A stretch of DNA of 64,000 bases. Source: Planctomycetota bacterium (GTDB taxonomy: Bacteria; Planctomycetota; UBA1135; UBA2386). The first letter of the stretch is position 1; every line of letters begins with the position of its first letter. The notes beneath the pieces are model-generated. The model was not told the origin of the DNA. It worked only from the letters and a program-made list of their open reading frames with translations, and searched no databases. This document shows, piece after piece, positions 36,466 through 47,071 of this stretch. The position numbers and the translations under genes are program-made. The stretch is taken from assembly GCA_028281765.1 (NCBI GenBank), contig JANQJF010000024.1:9883-73882 (forward strand), read 5' to 3'.

Positions 36466-39400
36466 ATGCGTCCCTCATTCCCGCTGCTCTTGTGTCTCTC
36501 GACCGCCGGTTTCGCCGCCGCGCAAACCGGCCCGAGTCCCGACCCGGCCAAGCGTCTCGAGCGGTTCGAATCCGAGGTTCGACCGATCCTCGCGAACCGC
36601 TGCTTCTCGTGCCACGGCCCGGAGAAGCAGCGCTCCGAGCTAAGGCTCGATCACATCGAACACATCCTGCGCGGCGGTGAGCGCGGACCGGCGATCGTGC
36701 CCGGCAACGTCGAGGCGAGTCGGCTCGCGCTCGCGATCGGCTACACGGAACCGGCCCTGCAGATGCCGCCGAAGCAACGTCTGCCCGACGCGGAACGCGA
36801 CGTGCTGCTGCGGTGGATCCATGACGGTGCACCGTGGCCCGACGAGCCGGTGCCGCAGGCCGGCAAGCGCAAGCCGAAGTTCGATCTCGAGGCCCGCAAG
36901 GCCGAACACTGGGCATGGCGCGATCTCGACGACGCGCCCGCGCCGAACGTGCCGACATCGCAAGCGACCTACAACGAGATCGACTCCTTCCTGCTGTCCA
37001 AGCTGAGCTCGATCGGCCTGCAGTTCGCAGAGGAGACGGACCGCACGACTCTGCTGCGCCGTGTCACTCTCGACACGACCGGCCTCCTGCCGACGACGGC
37101 GGAGCGCGACGCGTTCCTCGCGGACACCTCGGAAAGCGCCTTCGAACGCGTGGTCGATCGTCTGCTCGCATCGCCGCGCTTCGGTCAGCACTGGGCCCGA
37201 CACTGGCTCGACCTGATGCGCTACGCGGAGTCGCTCGGTCACGAATTCGACTACGCGATCCCTCACGCGTGGCGCTACCGCGACTACGTCGTCCGCGCGC
37301 TGAACGCCGACGTGCCGTACGATCAGCTCGTGCGCGAACACATCGCGGGCGACCTGCTCGAAGAACCGCGCCGACATCCCGAGCACGGCTTCAACGAGTC
37401 GATGATCGGCACGGCGCACTGGTGGTTCTCCGAGCAGACACATTCGCCGGTCGACGTCCGGCAACACACGTCCGATCGCAACGCCAACCAGATCGACGTC
37501 ATCACGAAGTCGTTCCTCGGTTTGACTGTCGCGTGCGCGCGCTGCCACGACCACAAATTCGACGCGATCTCGACGAAGGACTACTACGCGCTCAGCGGCT
37601 TTTTGAAGAGCTCGCGCTATCTGCAGCGCGACGTCGCGGCACCGCGGGATCCGCAGCTCGTCGACGCCGCCCACCGTGCCGGCGGCGCACTCGCGCAGGC
37701 TTGGCGCACGCGCATGCGCAGAGCCGCCGACTCGATCGACGCCGAGGCCCTGCGCAAGGCGTTCGACAAGCACCGCCTCCGCGCGACTCCGGAACGATCC
37801 GACCGAGACTTCTCCCCGAACGCGAAGACGTTCGTCGACTTCCGCGACGCGAACTTCGATGACTGGTTCGTCGAGGGGCGTGCGTTCGGCGACGGCCCGA
37901 CCGAAGACCAGACCTTCGTCGCCGGCGAGCAGGGCACGGCGCTGATCGACGGCCGCTGGGCCAACAGCGCTGCCGCCGGCGCGCGCGCGCAGGGCGTGCT
38001 CCACTCGCCTTCGTTCGACATCGATCAACCGTTCTTGCACGTCTACGCGCAGGGGCAGCGAGCGCGCATCAACATCGTCGTCGAGGGCTTCCAGGTCATC
38101 CGCAACCCGATCTACGGACGGCTCAAGCAGACGATCAACTCGCCGCTGCCACGTTGGTACACGGTCGACCTCCGCATGTGGCAGGGTCGCCGCGCGTCCC
38201 TACTCGTGTGCGACCAAGAGCCGCGCGACTTCGGCAGCGGCGGCTCACCGCGAGACTCGTTCGTCGCCGTGCAACGCATCGTGTTCTCGGACACGGAGCG
38301 CGCTCCCCCTCCGCCACGCGACGTGCCAACTGAGGCGTTCGACGACATCGGCGTGGCCGTCGACCGCGCAATCGACGCATGGGGCGCCGGCATCCTCGCG
38401 CCATCGCAGGTTCGACTGCTGAACGTCCTCTGGGCCGAGAAGCTCATCGAGCCCGGCATCGCGGTCGAGGACGCCGCGGCGCGCTTCGCGCAGGCGAACG
38501 ACAGGATTCCCGGCCCGATGTTCGTCCCCGCGATCGCCGACGGCGACGGTGACGACCACGCGGTCTACATCCGAGGCGGGCACCGCAACGAAGGGGACAT
38601 CGTGCCGCGACGGTTCTTGACCGCACTCGGCGGTGAGGAACCGGCGCCGCACCGACGCGAGGACGGCAGTGGTCGACGTCGTCTCGCCGAGGAGACGGTC
38701 GACAACCCGTTCGCGTCCCGCGTCATCGTCAACCGGCTCTGGCACCACGTGTTCGGCCGAGGCATCGTCCCGACCGTCGACAACTTCGGCGTGCTCGGTC
38801 AGCCGCCGTCGCATCCCGAACTGCTCGATTGGCTCGCGCGTCGATTCATCGACGACGGCTGGTCGATCAAGCGCGCGCTGCGGCGCATGCTCGTGTCGCG
38901 TGCCTATCGCTCGACCAGCGCCGCGAGCGCAGGCGCCGTCGAACTCGACCCTGAGAACGTGCACCTGCACCGCGCCTCGGTTCGCCGCATGACTTCGGAG
39001 TCGGTCCGCGACGTGATCCTCCAGCTCAGCACGCGTCTCGATGACAAGCTGGAAGGCCCCGCGGTGCCAACGCACCTGACGCGACATATGACCGGCCGAG
39101 GCCGCCCGCGCTCGGGCCCGCTCGACGGCCATGGTCGCCGCAGTCTCTACCTCAGCGTGACGCGAAACTTCCTCTCGCCGTTCTTGCTGGCGTTCGACAC
39201 GCCGTTGCCGGCCGACACGCGTGGCCGCCGTGACGTCACGAACGTCCCTGCGCAGGCGCTCGCGCTCCTCAATGACCCGTTCGTCATCGCCGAAGCGAAG
39301 CGCTGGGCGGAAGCCACGCGCGAGATCCAAGACCACGCCGAGCGCGTCGTCGCGATCTTCGAACGCGCGATGACGCGCCGACCAAGCCCGTCGGAAGAGC

Positions 39401-39525
39401 GACGCCTCGTCGAATTCGTCCGGAGCCAGGCCGAGACACACGGCTGCGGCATCGACGACGTCAAACCGTGGGCCGACCTCTGCCACGCCCTGATCAACGC
39501 GAAAGAGTTCCTCTACATCCGATGA
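36466..39525 (+). CDS. Planctomycete cytochrome c + DUF1549 + DUF1553 protein
   Basis: FESEVRPILANRCFSCHG, WARHWLDLMRYAES, CARCHDHKFD, VNRLWHHVFGRG, PSHPELLDWLA. Confidence 0.95.
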   Translation: MRPSFPLLLCLSTAGFAAAQTGPSPDPAKRLERFESEVRPILANRCFSCHGPEKQRSELRLDHIEHILRGGERGPAIVPGNVEASRLALAIGYTEPALQMPPKQRLPDAERDVLLRWIHDGAPWPDEPVPQAGKRKPKFDLEARKAEHWAWRDLDDAPAPNVPTSQATYNEIDSFLLSKLSSIGLQFAEETDRTTLLRRVTLDTTGLLPTTAERDAFLADTSESAFERVVDRLLASPRFGQHWARHWLDLMRYAESLGHEFDYAIPHAWRYRDYVVRALNADVPYDQLVREHIAGDLLEEPRRHPEHGFNESMIGTAHWWFSEQTHSPVDVRQHTSDRNANQIDVITKSFLGLTVACARCHDHKFDAISTKDYYALSGFLKSSRYLQRDVAAPRDPQLVDAAHRAGGALAQAWRTRMRRAADSIDAEALRKAFDKHRLRATPERSDRDFSPNAKTFVDFRDANFDDWFVEGRAFGDGPTEDQTFVAGEQGTALIDGRWANSAAAGARAQGVLHSPSFDIDQPFLHVYAQGQRARINIVVEGFQVIRNPIYGRLKQTINSPLPRWYTVDLRMWQGRRASLLVCDQEPRDFGSGGSPRDSFVAVQRIVFSDTERAPPPPRDVPTEAFDDIGVAVDRAIDAWGAGILAPSQVRLLNVLWAEKLIEPGIAVEDAAARFAQANDRIPGPMFVPAIADGDGDDHAVYIRGGHRNEGDIVPRRFLTALGGEEPAPHRREDGSGRRRLAEETVDNPFASRVIVNRLWHHVFGRGIVPTVDNFGVLGQPPSHPELLDWLARRFIDDGWSIKRALRRMLVSRAYRSTSAASAGAVELDPENVHLHRASVRRMTSESVRDVILQLSTRLDDKLEGPAVPTHLTRHMTGRGRPRSGPLDGHGRRSLYLSVTRNFLSPFLLAFDTPLPADTRGRRDVTNVPAQALALLNDPFVIAEAKRWAEATREIQDHAERVVAIFERAMTRRPSPSEERRLVEFVRSQAETHGCGIDDVKPWADLCHALINAKEFLYIR

Positions 39526-40895
39526 TCGATCGCCGCCGCTTCCTGACGACCACCGCCGCCGGTTTCGGCGCGATCGCCTTCGACGGTCTTCTGCCGCGCA
39601 TCCGCTCCGCCGACGTGCCGCTGCCGCACTACGCGCCGAAGGCGCAGAGCGTGATCTTCCTCTACATGGACGGCGGTCCGTCTGCGATGGACACCTTCGA
39701 CCCGAAGCCGCGCCTGACGAAGGAGGACGGCAAGAAGTTCGGGATGAAGATGGAGCCGACGCAGTTCAACAACAACGGCAACACGCTCGGCTCTCCATGG
39801 AAGTTTCGCCGCTACGGCGAATCGGGTCTCGAGGTCAGCGACCTGTTCCCCCACGTCGGGCGATGCGCCGACAAGCTCGCGGTCGTTCGTTCGATGTACG
39901 CGACGTTCTCGGAGCACACGAACGCGAACTACTTCCTCCACACCGGCCACGGCCTGCAGGGTCGCCCGAGCATGGGCGCATGGGTCAACTACGGACTCGG
40001 CAGCCCCAACGACGACCTGCCGGGATTCGTCGTCCTCGATACGGGACTGACTCCGCCGGGTGGCCTCGACAATTTCGGCAGCGCGTTCCTATCGGCGAAA
40101 TTCCAAGCGTCGGTCTTCAAGAACGGGAACCACCCCGTCGCGAACATCCGTCCCGCGGACAAGAGAGCCGAACTCCAGCGCAACAAGCTCGCCCTCGTGC
40201 AGGACCTCGACGAGTCGATGCTCGCGTCGATGACCTCGGCGGGCGCGATCGACGCCGCGATGGCCAACTACGACCTCGCCTACCGCATGCAGTCGGCGAT
40301 TCCCGAGCTCGCGAATCTCGACGGTGAGTCGGACGCGACCAAGACGATGTACGGGCTCGAGCACGCGTACGAGCCGACGCGTCTCTACGGGCGCCACTGC
40401 CTGCTGGCACGACGCCTCGTCGAACGGGGCGTGCGCTTCATCGAGCTGACCTGCCCGAACGTCTCGGGCGACCGCTGGGACCAACACGGCAACCTCAAGC
40501 AGGGTCACGAGAACAACGCCCGCGCCGTCGATCAACCGATCGCCGCGCTCCTCAAGGACCTCGAACAGCGTGGCCTGCTCGACCACACGCTCGTCGTGTG
40601 GGCCGGCGAGTTCGGCCGCACGCCGTTCGCGCAGGGACGCAACGGACGCGACCACAACCCGTTCGGCTTCACGATCTGGATGGCGGGAGCGGGGATCCGT
40701 GGCGGCACGGTCTACGGCGCGACCGACGAGTACGGCTACCACGCGGTCGAAGGACGCACGACCTTCCACGACCTCCACGCGACGATGCTGCACCTGCTCG
40801 GCATCGACCACGAACGTCTGACGTATCGTTTCAGCGGACGGGACATTCGGTTGACGGACGTGCACGGCCACCGCATCGAAGCGATCCTGGCCTGA
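39522..40895 (+). CDS. DUF1501 domain protein (Tat signal)
   Basis: DRRRFL, VIFLYMDGGPS..DTFDPKP, WDQH, GEFGRTP, GRDH. Confidence 0.95.
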   Translation: MIDRRRFLTTTAAGFGAIAFDGLLPRIRSADVPLPHYAPKAQSVIFLYMDGGPSAMDTFDPKPRLTKEDGKKFGMKMEPTQFNNNGNTLGSPWKFRRYGESGLEVSDLFPHVGRCADKLAVVRSMYATFSEHTNANYFLHTGHGLQGRPSMGAWVNYGLGSPNDDLPGFVVLDTGLTPPGGLDNFGSAFLSAKFQASVFKNGNHPVANIRPADKRAELQRNKLALVQDLDESMLASMTSAGAIDAAMANYDLAYRMQSAIPELANLDGESDATKTMYGLEHAYEPTRLYGRHCLLARRLVERGVRFIELTCPNVSGDRWDQHGNLKQGHENNARAVDQPIAALLKDLEQRGLLDHTLVVWAGEFGRTPFAQGRNGRDHNPFGFTIWMAGAGIRGGTVYGATDEYGYHAVEGRTTFHDLHATMLHLLGIDHERLTYRFSGRDIRLTDVHGHRIEAILA

Positions 40896-40987
40896 TCCTC
40901 GGCTGATTGCCGGTTTGGGACAGCCGAGGTCTCCCGCAGACGGCTACACTGACAGTCCTCGCAGCCTGTTCACAACAGGGAGGACGC

Positions 40988-42304
40988 GTGACTCAGTTTG
41001 ATTCGTCGGCCGACAGTGCGGCCGATCTTCGGCTCGACCGCCGCAGCTTCTTGCGCGGCAGCATGCTCGGCGCTGCCGGCCTCTGCGCGGCGCCCATGGG
41101 CGCGCCGCTCCGACTGCTCCAGAACGCGCGGACGGACGCCCCCGCGCATAGCGTGATCCAGATCTTCCTGACCGGCGGCCTGAGCCACATCGACTCCTTC
41201 GACCCCAAGCCTTCGGCGCCGGTCGAGTATCGCGGCGAGTACCGCACGGTGAAGTCGAAGCTCGACGGCGAGTACTTCACGCACGTCATCCCGCGCATCG
41301 CCGCGATCGCCGACAAGCTCACGGTCATCCGATCGATGACGCACGGCGAAGCCGCGCACGAACGCGGCATACACAACATGATGACGGGTTATCGCCCGAG
41401 CCCCGTCATCACCTACCCCAGTATGGGTTCGGTCGTCGCGCACGAGCTCGGGGGCCGCAACAACCTGCCAGCGTACGTCTGCGTGCCGTCCGGCGGACAG
41501 TTTCGTGGCACTGGCTATCTGAGCGCTGCCTACGCGCCGTTCGAGCTCGGCGCCGAGCCCAACTCACGCAACTTCAAGGTGCGCGACATGACGACGCCCA
41601 CGGGCGTGGATCCGGACCGACTCGCCCGAAGGCGCGCACTCGTCGCCGAGATCGACTCCGAATTCGACAAGCGCGGCAAGTCGGACGCGGTCGAGGCGAG
41701 CGCGGCGTTCTACGACCAGGCGTACGAGCTGATCGGCTCCGAGGCCGGACGCGCCGCATTCGACCTCGACAAGGAGCCTGCAAAGCTGCGCGATCGGTAC
41801 GGCCGCACCACGCTCGGGCAGCGGCTCCTTCTCGCGCGTCGCTTGGCAGAAGCGGGCGTCCGCTTCATCCACGTCCAACACGCCGGGTACGACAACCACC
41901 GCCGCATCTTCCCGACGCTGCGCACTCGGCTCGCGGAGGTCGACCGCGCGTTCTCCACGCTGATCGCAGACCTCGACTCGCGCGGATCCCTCGAGAACAC
42001 ACTCGTGCTGCTGACCACCGAGTTCGGTCGCACGCCGAAGGTCAACCGAGACGCCGGTCGCGACCACTGGCCGCGCGTGTTCTCGGTCGTGCTCGCCGGT
42101 GGCGGCGTCAAGCGCGGCTACATTCACGGCTCTTCGACCGCGACCGGCGCCGAACCCGCGACCGATCCGGTCACGGCTCCGGATCTCGCCGCGACGGTGT
42201 TCACACAGGTCGGCATCGATCCGAGCCACGAACTCATGAGCCCCGGCGACCGACCGATCGAGATCGTGCGCGACGCGCGCATCGTGCGAGACCTGCTGGC
42301 GTGA
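40988..42304 (+). CDS. DUF1501 domain protein (Tat signal)
   Basis: DRRSFL, FLTGGLSHIDSFDPKP, TEFGRTP, GRDHWP. Confidence 0.95.
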   Translation: MTQFDSSADSAADLRLDRRSFLRGSMLGAAGLCAAPMGAPLRLLQNARTDAPAHSVIQIFLTGGLSHIDSFDPKPSAPVEYRGEYRTVKSKLDGEYFTHVIPRIAAIADKLTVIRSMTHGEAAHERGIHNMMTGYRPSPVITYPSMGSVVAHELGGRNNLPAYVCVPSGGQFRGTGYLSAAYAPFELGAEPNSRNFKVRDMTTPTGVDPDRLARRRALVAEIDSEFDKRGKSDAVEASAAFYDQAYELIGSEAGRAAFDLDKEPAKLRDRYGRTTLGQRLLLARRLAEAGVRFIHVQHAGYDNHRRIFPTLRTRLAEVDRAFSTLIADLDSRGSLENTLVLLTTEFGRTPKVNRDAGRDHWPRVFSVVLAGGGVKRGYIHGSSTATGAEPATDPVTAPDLAATVFTQVGIDPSHELMSPGDRPIEIVRDARIVRDLLA

Positions 42305-44646
42305 TGAGAAATTCGCTACTGCTCGTCTTCCTCCTGCTCTCCGTCGCACTACCGGCGCAGTCGCCGACGATGGACGCGCTCTACCCGATGGGCGGCGAAC
42401 GCGGCAAGGAGATCGAAGTCACGTTCTACGGACGTCGCATCGACGACGCCGAGGATCTGTTCTTCTACCGCCAGGGCCTGCACGTGCTCGGCGTCGAGAA
42501 GATCCCGAAGAACACGCGGTCGGTGAAGATGCGTCTCCGCATCGACGCGGACTGTCCGCTCGGCGCGCATCCTCTGCGCATCCGCACGAAGCGCGGCATC
42601 ACGAACATGAAGTTGTTCTGGGTCGGCGTGCTCCCGGAGCTGCACGAAAAGGGCGCCAACGACACCCGCGAGCAGGCACGCGAGATCCCACTGAACGTCA
42701 CGATCAACGGCACAATCCGCAGCGAGGACCGCGACTGGTACGCGGTCGACGTGCCGGCCGGGTCCCGCGCGCATTTCGAGGTGCAGGGCATCCGGCTCGG
42801 TCACATCGAGTTCGACCCGTACCTGACGATCTACGACGAGGCCGGCAAGGAAGTCGACAGCTGCGACAACTGCGCGTTCGGCCGCATGGACCCGCTGTGC
42901 TCGGTCGAAACCGAGAAGGCCGCGCGGTTCTACATCGAGCTGCGTGAAGCGGCGCACGGCGGCTCGCGCGGCAGCATCTATCGACTGCACGTCGGCACCT
43001 TCCCGCGGCCGACTGCCGCGCTGCCCTCGGGCGGCAAGCCCGGTGAGACGATCGAGCTGACACTGTTGGGCGACGGCCCGCCGCGGCACGCGACGGTGAC
43101 GCTGCCGCACGTCGACGAGCCGTTCTTCGACTACTTCCCGGAGACGGAGCACGGGATCTCCCCCACGCCGATCCGACTGCGTCTCGCCCACGCGACCAAC
43201 GTTCTCGAACCCGAGAAGCGCGAGCCGAAGAAGCATCCGGTCGTCGAGATTCCGAGCGCGATCGGCGGCGTGCTCGCCAAGCCTGGCGAAATCGACCGAT
43301 ATCGCTTCCGCGCCAAGAAGGGCGAACGCCTCGTCGTCCGCGCTCTCTCGCGCTCGCTGCGCTCGCCGGTCGATCCCGTCGTGTTCGTGACCCGCGGTGA
43401 CTCGCGCAGCGCGAACGACGACAGTGGCGGCACGCTCGACAGCGTCGTCAACTTCCGCGCCAAGGAAGACGGGACGTACACCGTGTCGATCTACGACCAC
43501 CTGAGGCGCGGTGGCCCCGAGTTCGTCTACCGCCTCGAAGTCACGCGGCCCGACGGACGCATCTCGACGCGCACATCGCTGCGGCGGGACGCGGAATGGG
43601 TCGCCGTGCCGCGAGGCGGGCGGATGATGACGATCTTGACGGCGACGAACAAGGTCGACGGCGCCAAGCCGATCTTGATGGGGCTACCGGCAGGAGTCTC
43701 CGCGCTCACGACCGAGTTCCGCGCCGGTGCCTCGACCGTCCCGGTCGTGCTCGAGGCCGCCGGCTGGGCTTCGATCACCGGCAGGCAGGCGAACGTCGGC
43801 CTGCTCCACCCGGGCCGAAGCGACGTCCGTTCGGCCCGACTTCACGACTTCGTGCGCCTCATCCGTGTGCGCAACGACCAGACATACTCCGGTCGCTACG
43901 CGCACAGCCTGCCGGTCGCGGTGACGGACCCCGCGCCGTTCGCGGTCGAAGTCGAGCCCCCGACCGTGCCGATCGTCCGCGGCAGCCCGCTGCGACTGCG
44001 CGTGAAGCTGACTCGAGCCAAGGGCTTCGACGACGCGGTGCGCGTGCGCCTAGCCTGGCTCCCGCCTGGAATCTCCGCCGGCGAAGTCACGGTGCCGAAG
44101 GGCAAGGACACCGCCACGATCCCGCTGAGCGCGAGCGGGTCGGCGCGTCCCGGCTCGTGGCACGTCGCTGGCTATGGACTGATCAACCGACGTGGCGGCA
44201 CTCTCCGCGTCGGCACCAATCTCGCGCCGCTCGAGGTCGCGACCCAGTGGGTCACCGCGAAGATCGGCAAGGCCCGCACCGAACTCGGCGCGAACGCCGA
44301 GCTCGCAATCGACCTGACGAAGGGCAAAGCGTTTGCCGGCGACGCGAAGGCGGAGCTGCTGAACCTCCCGCGCGGCGTGACCGCGAAGCCCGCGACCCTG
44401 CGCGCGGATACGAAGCGAATCGAGATGCCGCTCGCGATCGACAAGAAGGCGGCGACCGGCAAGCACCGCCCGCTGCTGCGCGTGACGGTTCCGTCGAAGT
44501 CCGGGCCAATCGTGCACTACTTCCGCGGTGGCGAGCTGCGGGTGCACAAACCGCTCCCGAAGCGCAAGGCCGCCAAGGCGAAACCAAACGCCAAGCCCAC
44601 GCCACCCAAACCCGATCGCGGCTCCGTCGCCAAACCGAAGACCTGA
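42301..44646 (+). CDS. Planctomycete PPC-domain secreted protein
   Basis: YPMGGERG, NGTI..EDRDWY, PGEIDRYRF, RGGPEFVYRL. Confidence 0.88.
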   Translation: MMRNSLLLVFLLLSVALPAQSPTMDALYPMGGERGKEIEVTFYGRRIDDAEDLFFYRQGLHVLGVEKIPKNTRSVKMRLRIDADCPLGAHPLRIRTKRGITNMKLFWVGVLPELHEKGANDTREQAREIPLNVTINGTIRSEDRDWYAVDVPAGSRAHFEVQGIRLGHIEFDPYLTIYDEAGKEVDSCDNCAFGRMDPLCSVETEKAARFYIELREAAHGGSRGSIYRLHVGTFPRPTAALPSGGKPGETIELTLLGDGPPRHATVTLPHVDEPFFDYFPETEHGISPTPIRLRLAHATNVLEPEKREPKKHPVVEIPSAIGGVLAKPGEIDRYRFRAKKGERLVVRALSRSLRSPVDPVVFVTRGDSRSANDDSGGTLDSVVNFRAKEDGTYTVSIYDHLRRGGPEFVYRLEVTRPDGRISTRTSLRRDAEWVAVPRGGRMMTILTATNKVDGAKPILMGLPAGVSALTTEFRAGASTVPVVLEAAGWASITGRQANVGLLHPGRSDVRSARLHDFVRLIRVRNDQTYSGRYAHSLPVAVTDPAPFAVEVEPPTVPIVRGSPLRLRVKLTRAKGFDDAVRVRLAWLPPGISAGEVTVPKGKDTATIPLSASGSARPGSWHVAGYGLINRRGGTLRVGTNLAPLEVATQWVTAKIGKARTELGANAELAIDLTKGKAFAGDAKAELLNLPRGVTAKPATLRADTKRIEMPLAIDKKAATGKHRPLLRVTVPSKSGPIVHYFRGGELRVHKPLPKRKAAKAKPNAKPTPPKPDRGSVAKPKT

Positions 44647-44652
44647 GGCTCC

Positions 44653-47064
44653 ATGCACGTTTCGAACAATCGATGGTTCGCCGCCGCGCTGCTGTGCGCC
44701 TCCCTGAGCGCGCAGCAGCCGACTCGACTCGAAATCGCCCCTGGCGACATCCGGCTCGACGACGGCCGCGACCGGCAGCGCGTGATCGCGATCGTCACCC
44801 ATGACGACGGCACGACGCGAGACGTGACCGACGCCGTCGAGTGGGCTCTCTCGAGCGACGTTCATGCCGCGCTGCAAGACGCGGAGCTGACACCGCGCGC
44901 GGACGGCGAATGCGAACTCTCCGCGACGTTCGGTAAACTCACGGCCAATACCACCGTGACCGTGGCGAATACTGGCAAGCAGCCGCCCGTCAGCTTCGCG
45001 AACGAAGTGATCCCGGTGCTGACACGGTCCGGATGCAACGCCGGCACGTGCCATGGGAGCGCATCCGGCAAGAACGGGTTCGGCCTGTCGCTGTTCGGCT
45101 TCGACCGCGACGGAGACCATCGCAAGCTCACCCGCGAACTCCGAGGCCGACGCATCGACACCGCCGACCCCGACGCGAGCCTGATCCTGCTCAAACCCAC
45201 GGGTGGCGTGCCGCACAAGGGCGGCAAGCGACTGACTCCTGACGGCGAAGGCTACGCGACGCTCCGTCGCTGGATCGAAGCGGGCGCGCGCAACGACGTG
45301 AAGCAGGCCCCGGAACTGGTCGGCCTCGAGCTCTTCCCGGAGCAAGCCGTGCTCGCCGGCCCTGACCTCCTGCAGCGCGTTGTCGTGCGGGCGCGCTATT
45401 CCGACGGCAGCGACCGCGACGTCACCGATCTCTCCATCCTCAGCTCGTCGAACGAAGTCGCCGCGACCGTGAACGCGAACGGCGTCATTCGCTCGGCGGA
45501 GCCGGGCGAGACATTCGTTATGGCGCGCTACGGCACGTTCGCCCTCGTCACGCAGGTGCTCGTGCTGCCGAAGGACGTCGCGTTCACGTGGCCCGGAGAC
45601 GTGGAGCCCGCCAACTACATCGACGCGTCGATCTTCGACAAGCTGGGCAAGCAGCGCATCGCCCCGGCGGCACGCTGCGACGACGCGACGTTCGTCCGAC
45701 GCGTCTACCTCGACGTGCTCAACCTGCTCCCGACGCCGGACGAAACGCGTCGATTCCTCGCGGACGACAATCCGAACAAGCGCGTGGAGCTCGTCGACGC
45801 CCTGCTCGAGCGACCGGAGTTTCCCGACGTCTGGGCGATGCAGTGGGCCGAGATCCTGCGCATCGAACCGGAGCAGCTCGAACCCAAAGGGATGTACGTC
45901 TACCACGACTGGCTGCGGGACGCGTTCCAGAGCAACCGCCCGCTCGACGAGATCGTGCGCGAACTGCTGACGAGCAAGGGCGGCAACTTCGAGCAACCGC
46001 AGAGTAACTTCTACCTCGTCGAGCGGTCGACCAAGGGGATCGCCGAGAACGTCGCCCAGGTGTTCATGGGCATTCGCATCCAGTGCGCGCAGTGCCACAA
46101 CCATCCGTTCGAACGCTGGACGATGGACGATTACTACGGCTTCGCCGCGTTCTTCAATCGCGTGCGAAGCAAGCGCGGCGAGGACCCTCGCGAGCGGATC
46201 GTGTTCGTGACCGGCGGCGGCGAACTCGCGAACCCCGTGACGGGCGTCGTCGCGAAGCCGACGTTCCTCGGCGGCGCGACGCCGGAGATCAAGCGAGGCC
46301 AGGATCGCCGCGCGGTCGTCGCGGACTGGCTGACCGCCGGGGACAACCCGTTCTTCGCGAAGAACATAGCGAATCGCGTGTTCGCTCGGTTCTTCGGTCG
46401 CGGTGTCGTCGACCCGCCCGACGACGTCCGCGTGAGCAACCCACCATCGCACCCCGAGCTCTACGAGCAGCTCGGCACCAAGCTCGTCGAATACGGCTAC
46501 GACCTGCGGCAGCTCATCCGCGACATCTGCGCGTCGCACAGCTACCAGGCGGCCGCCCACCCCGACGCGCCACCCGCGTCGACGTTCGCCGGCGTCAACG
46601 TCCGACGCCTGACCGCCGAGCAGCTGCTCGACGCGATCTCCGACGTGACGCAGGTGCCGACGAAGTACGACCGACTCCCGCTCGGCGCGCGCGCCACGCA
46701 GGTCGTGAACCCGACCGGCAACCGCTTCCTCGGCGTGTTCGGCCGCCCGGCGCGCGAGAGCGCGTGCACCTGCGATCGACGCAACGAACCGACGCTGAGC
46801 CAGGTCCTGCACCTGATCAACGGGGCGACGACGACCGCGAAGCTACGGGACGACAAGGGGCGCCTGCGCCGCCTGCTCGCGTCCAAGGACGTGAGCGACG
46901 ACGCGGTGCTCGACGAACTCTTCCTCGCCGCCTACAGCCGCATGCCGACGGACGGCGAGCGCGACAAGCTCCTACAGAAGGTCCGCGACGGCGATCGCGC
47001 GACCAACTGGGAGGACGTCTTCTGGGCGATCCTCAACTCTCGCGAATTCTTGTTCACCCACTGA
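44653..47064 (+). CDS. Ig-like + DUF1549 + DUF1553 protein
   Basis: SFANEVIPVLTRSGCNAGTCHG, FVRRVYLD, CAQCHNHPF, RRLTAEQLLDA, NSREFLFTH. Confidence 0.94.
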   Translation: MHVSNNRWFAAALLCASLSAQQPTRLEIAPGDIRLDDGRDRQRVIAIVTHDDGTTRDVTDAVEWALSSDVHAALQDAELTPRADGECELSATFGKLTANTTVTVANTGKQPPVSFANEVIPVLTRSGCNAGTCHGSASGKNGFGLSLFGFDRDGDHRKLTRELRGRRIDTADPDASLILLKPTGGVPHKGGKRLTPDGEGYATLRRWIEAGARNDVKQAPELVGLELFPEQAVLAGPDLLQRVVVRARYSDGSDRDVTDLSILSSSNEVAATVNANGVIRSAEPGETFVMARYGTFALVTQVLVLPKDVAFTWPGDVEPANYIDASIFDKLGKQRIAPAARCDDATFVRRVYLDVLNLLPTPDETRRFLADDNPNKRVELVDALLERPEFPDVWAMQWAEILRIEPEQLEPKGMYVYHDWLRDAFQSNRPLDEIVRELLTSKGGNFEQPQSNFYLVERSTKGIAENVAQVFMGIRIQCAQCHNHPFERWTMDDYYGFAAFFNRVRSKRGEDPRERIVFVTGGGELANPVTGVVAKPTFLGGATPEIKRGQDRRAVVADWLTAGDNPFFAKNIANRVFARFFGRGVVDPPDDVRVSNPPSHPELYEQLGTKLVEYGYDLRQLIRDICASHSYQAAAHPDAPPASTFAGVNVRRLTAEQLLDAISDVTQVPTKYDRLPLGARATQVVNPTGNRFLGVFGRPARESACTCDRRNEPTLSQVLHLINGATTTAKLRDDKGRLRRLLASKDVSDDAVLDELFLAAYSRMPTDGERDKLLQKVRDGDRATNWEDVFWAILNSREFLFTH

Positions 47065-47071
47065 GCACGAC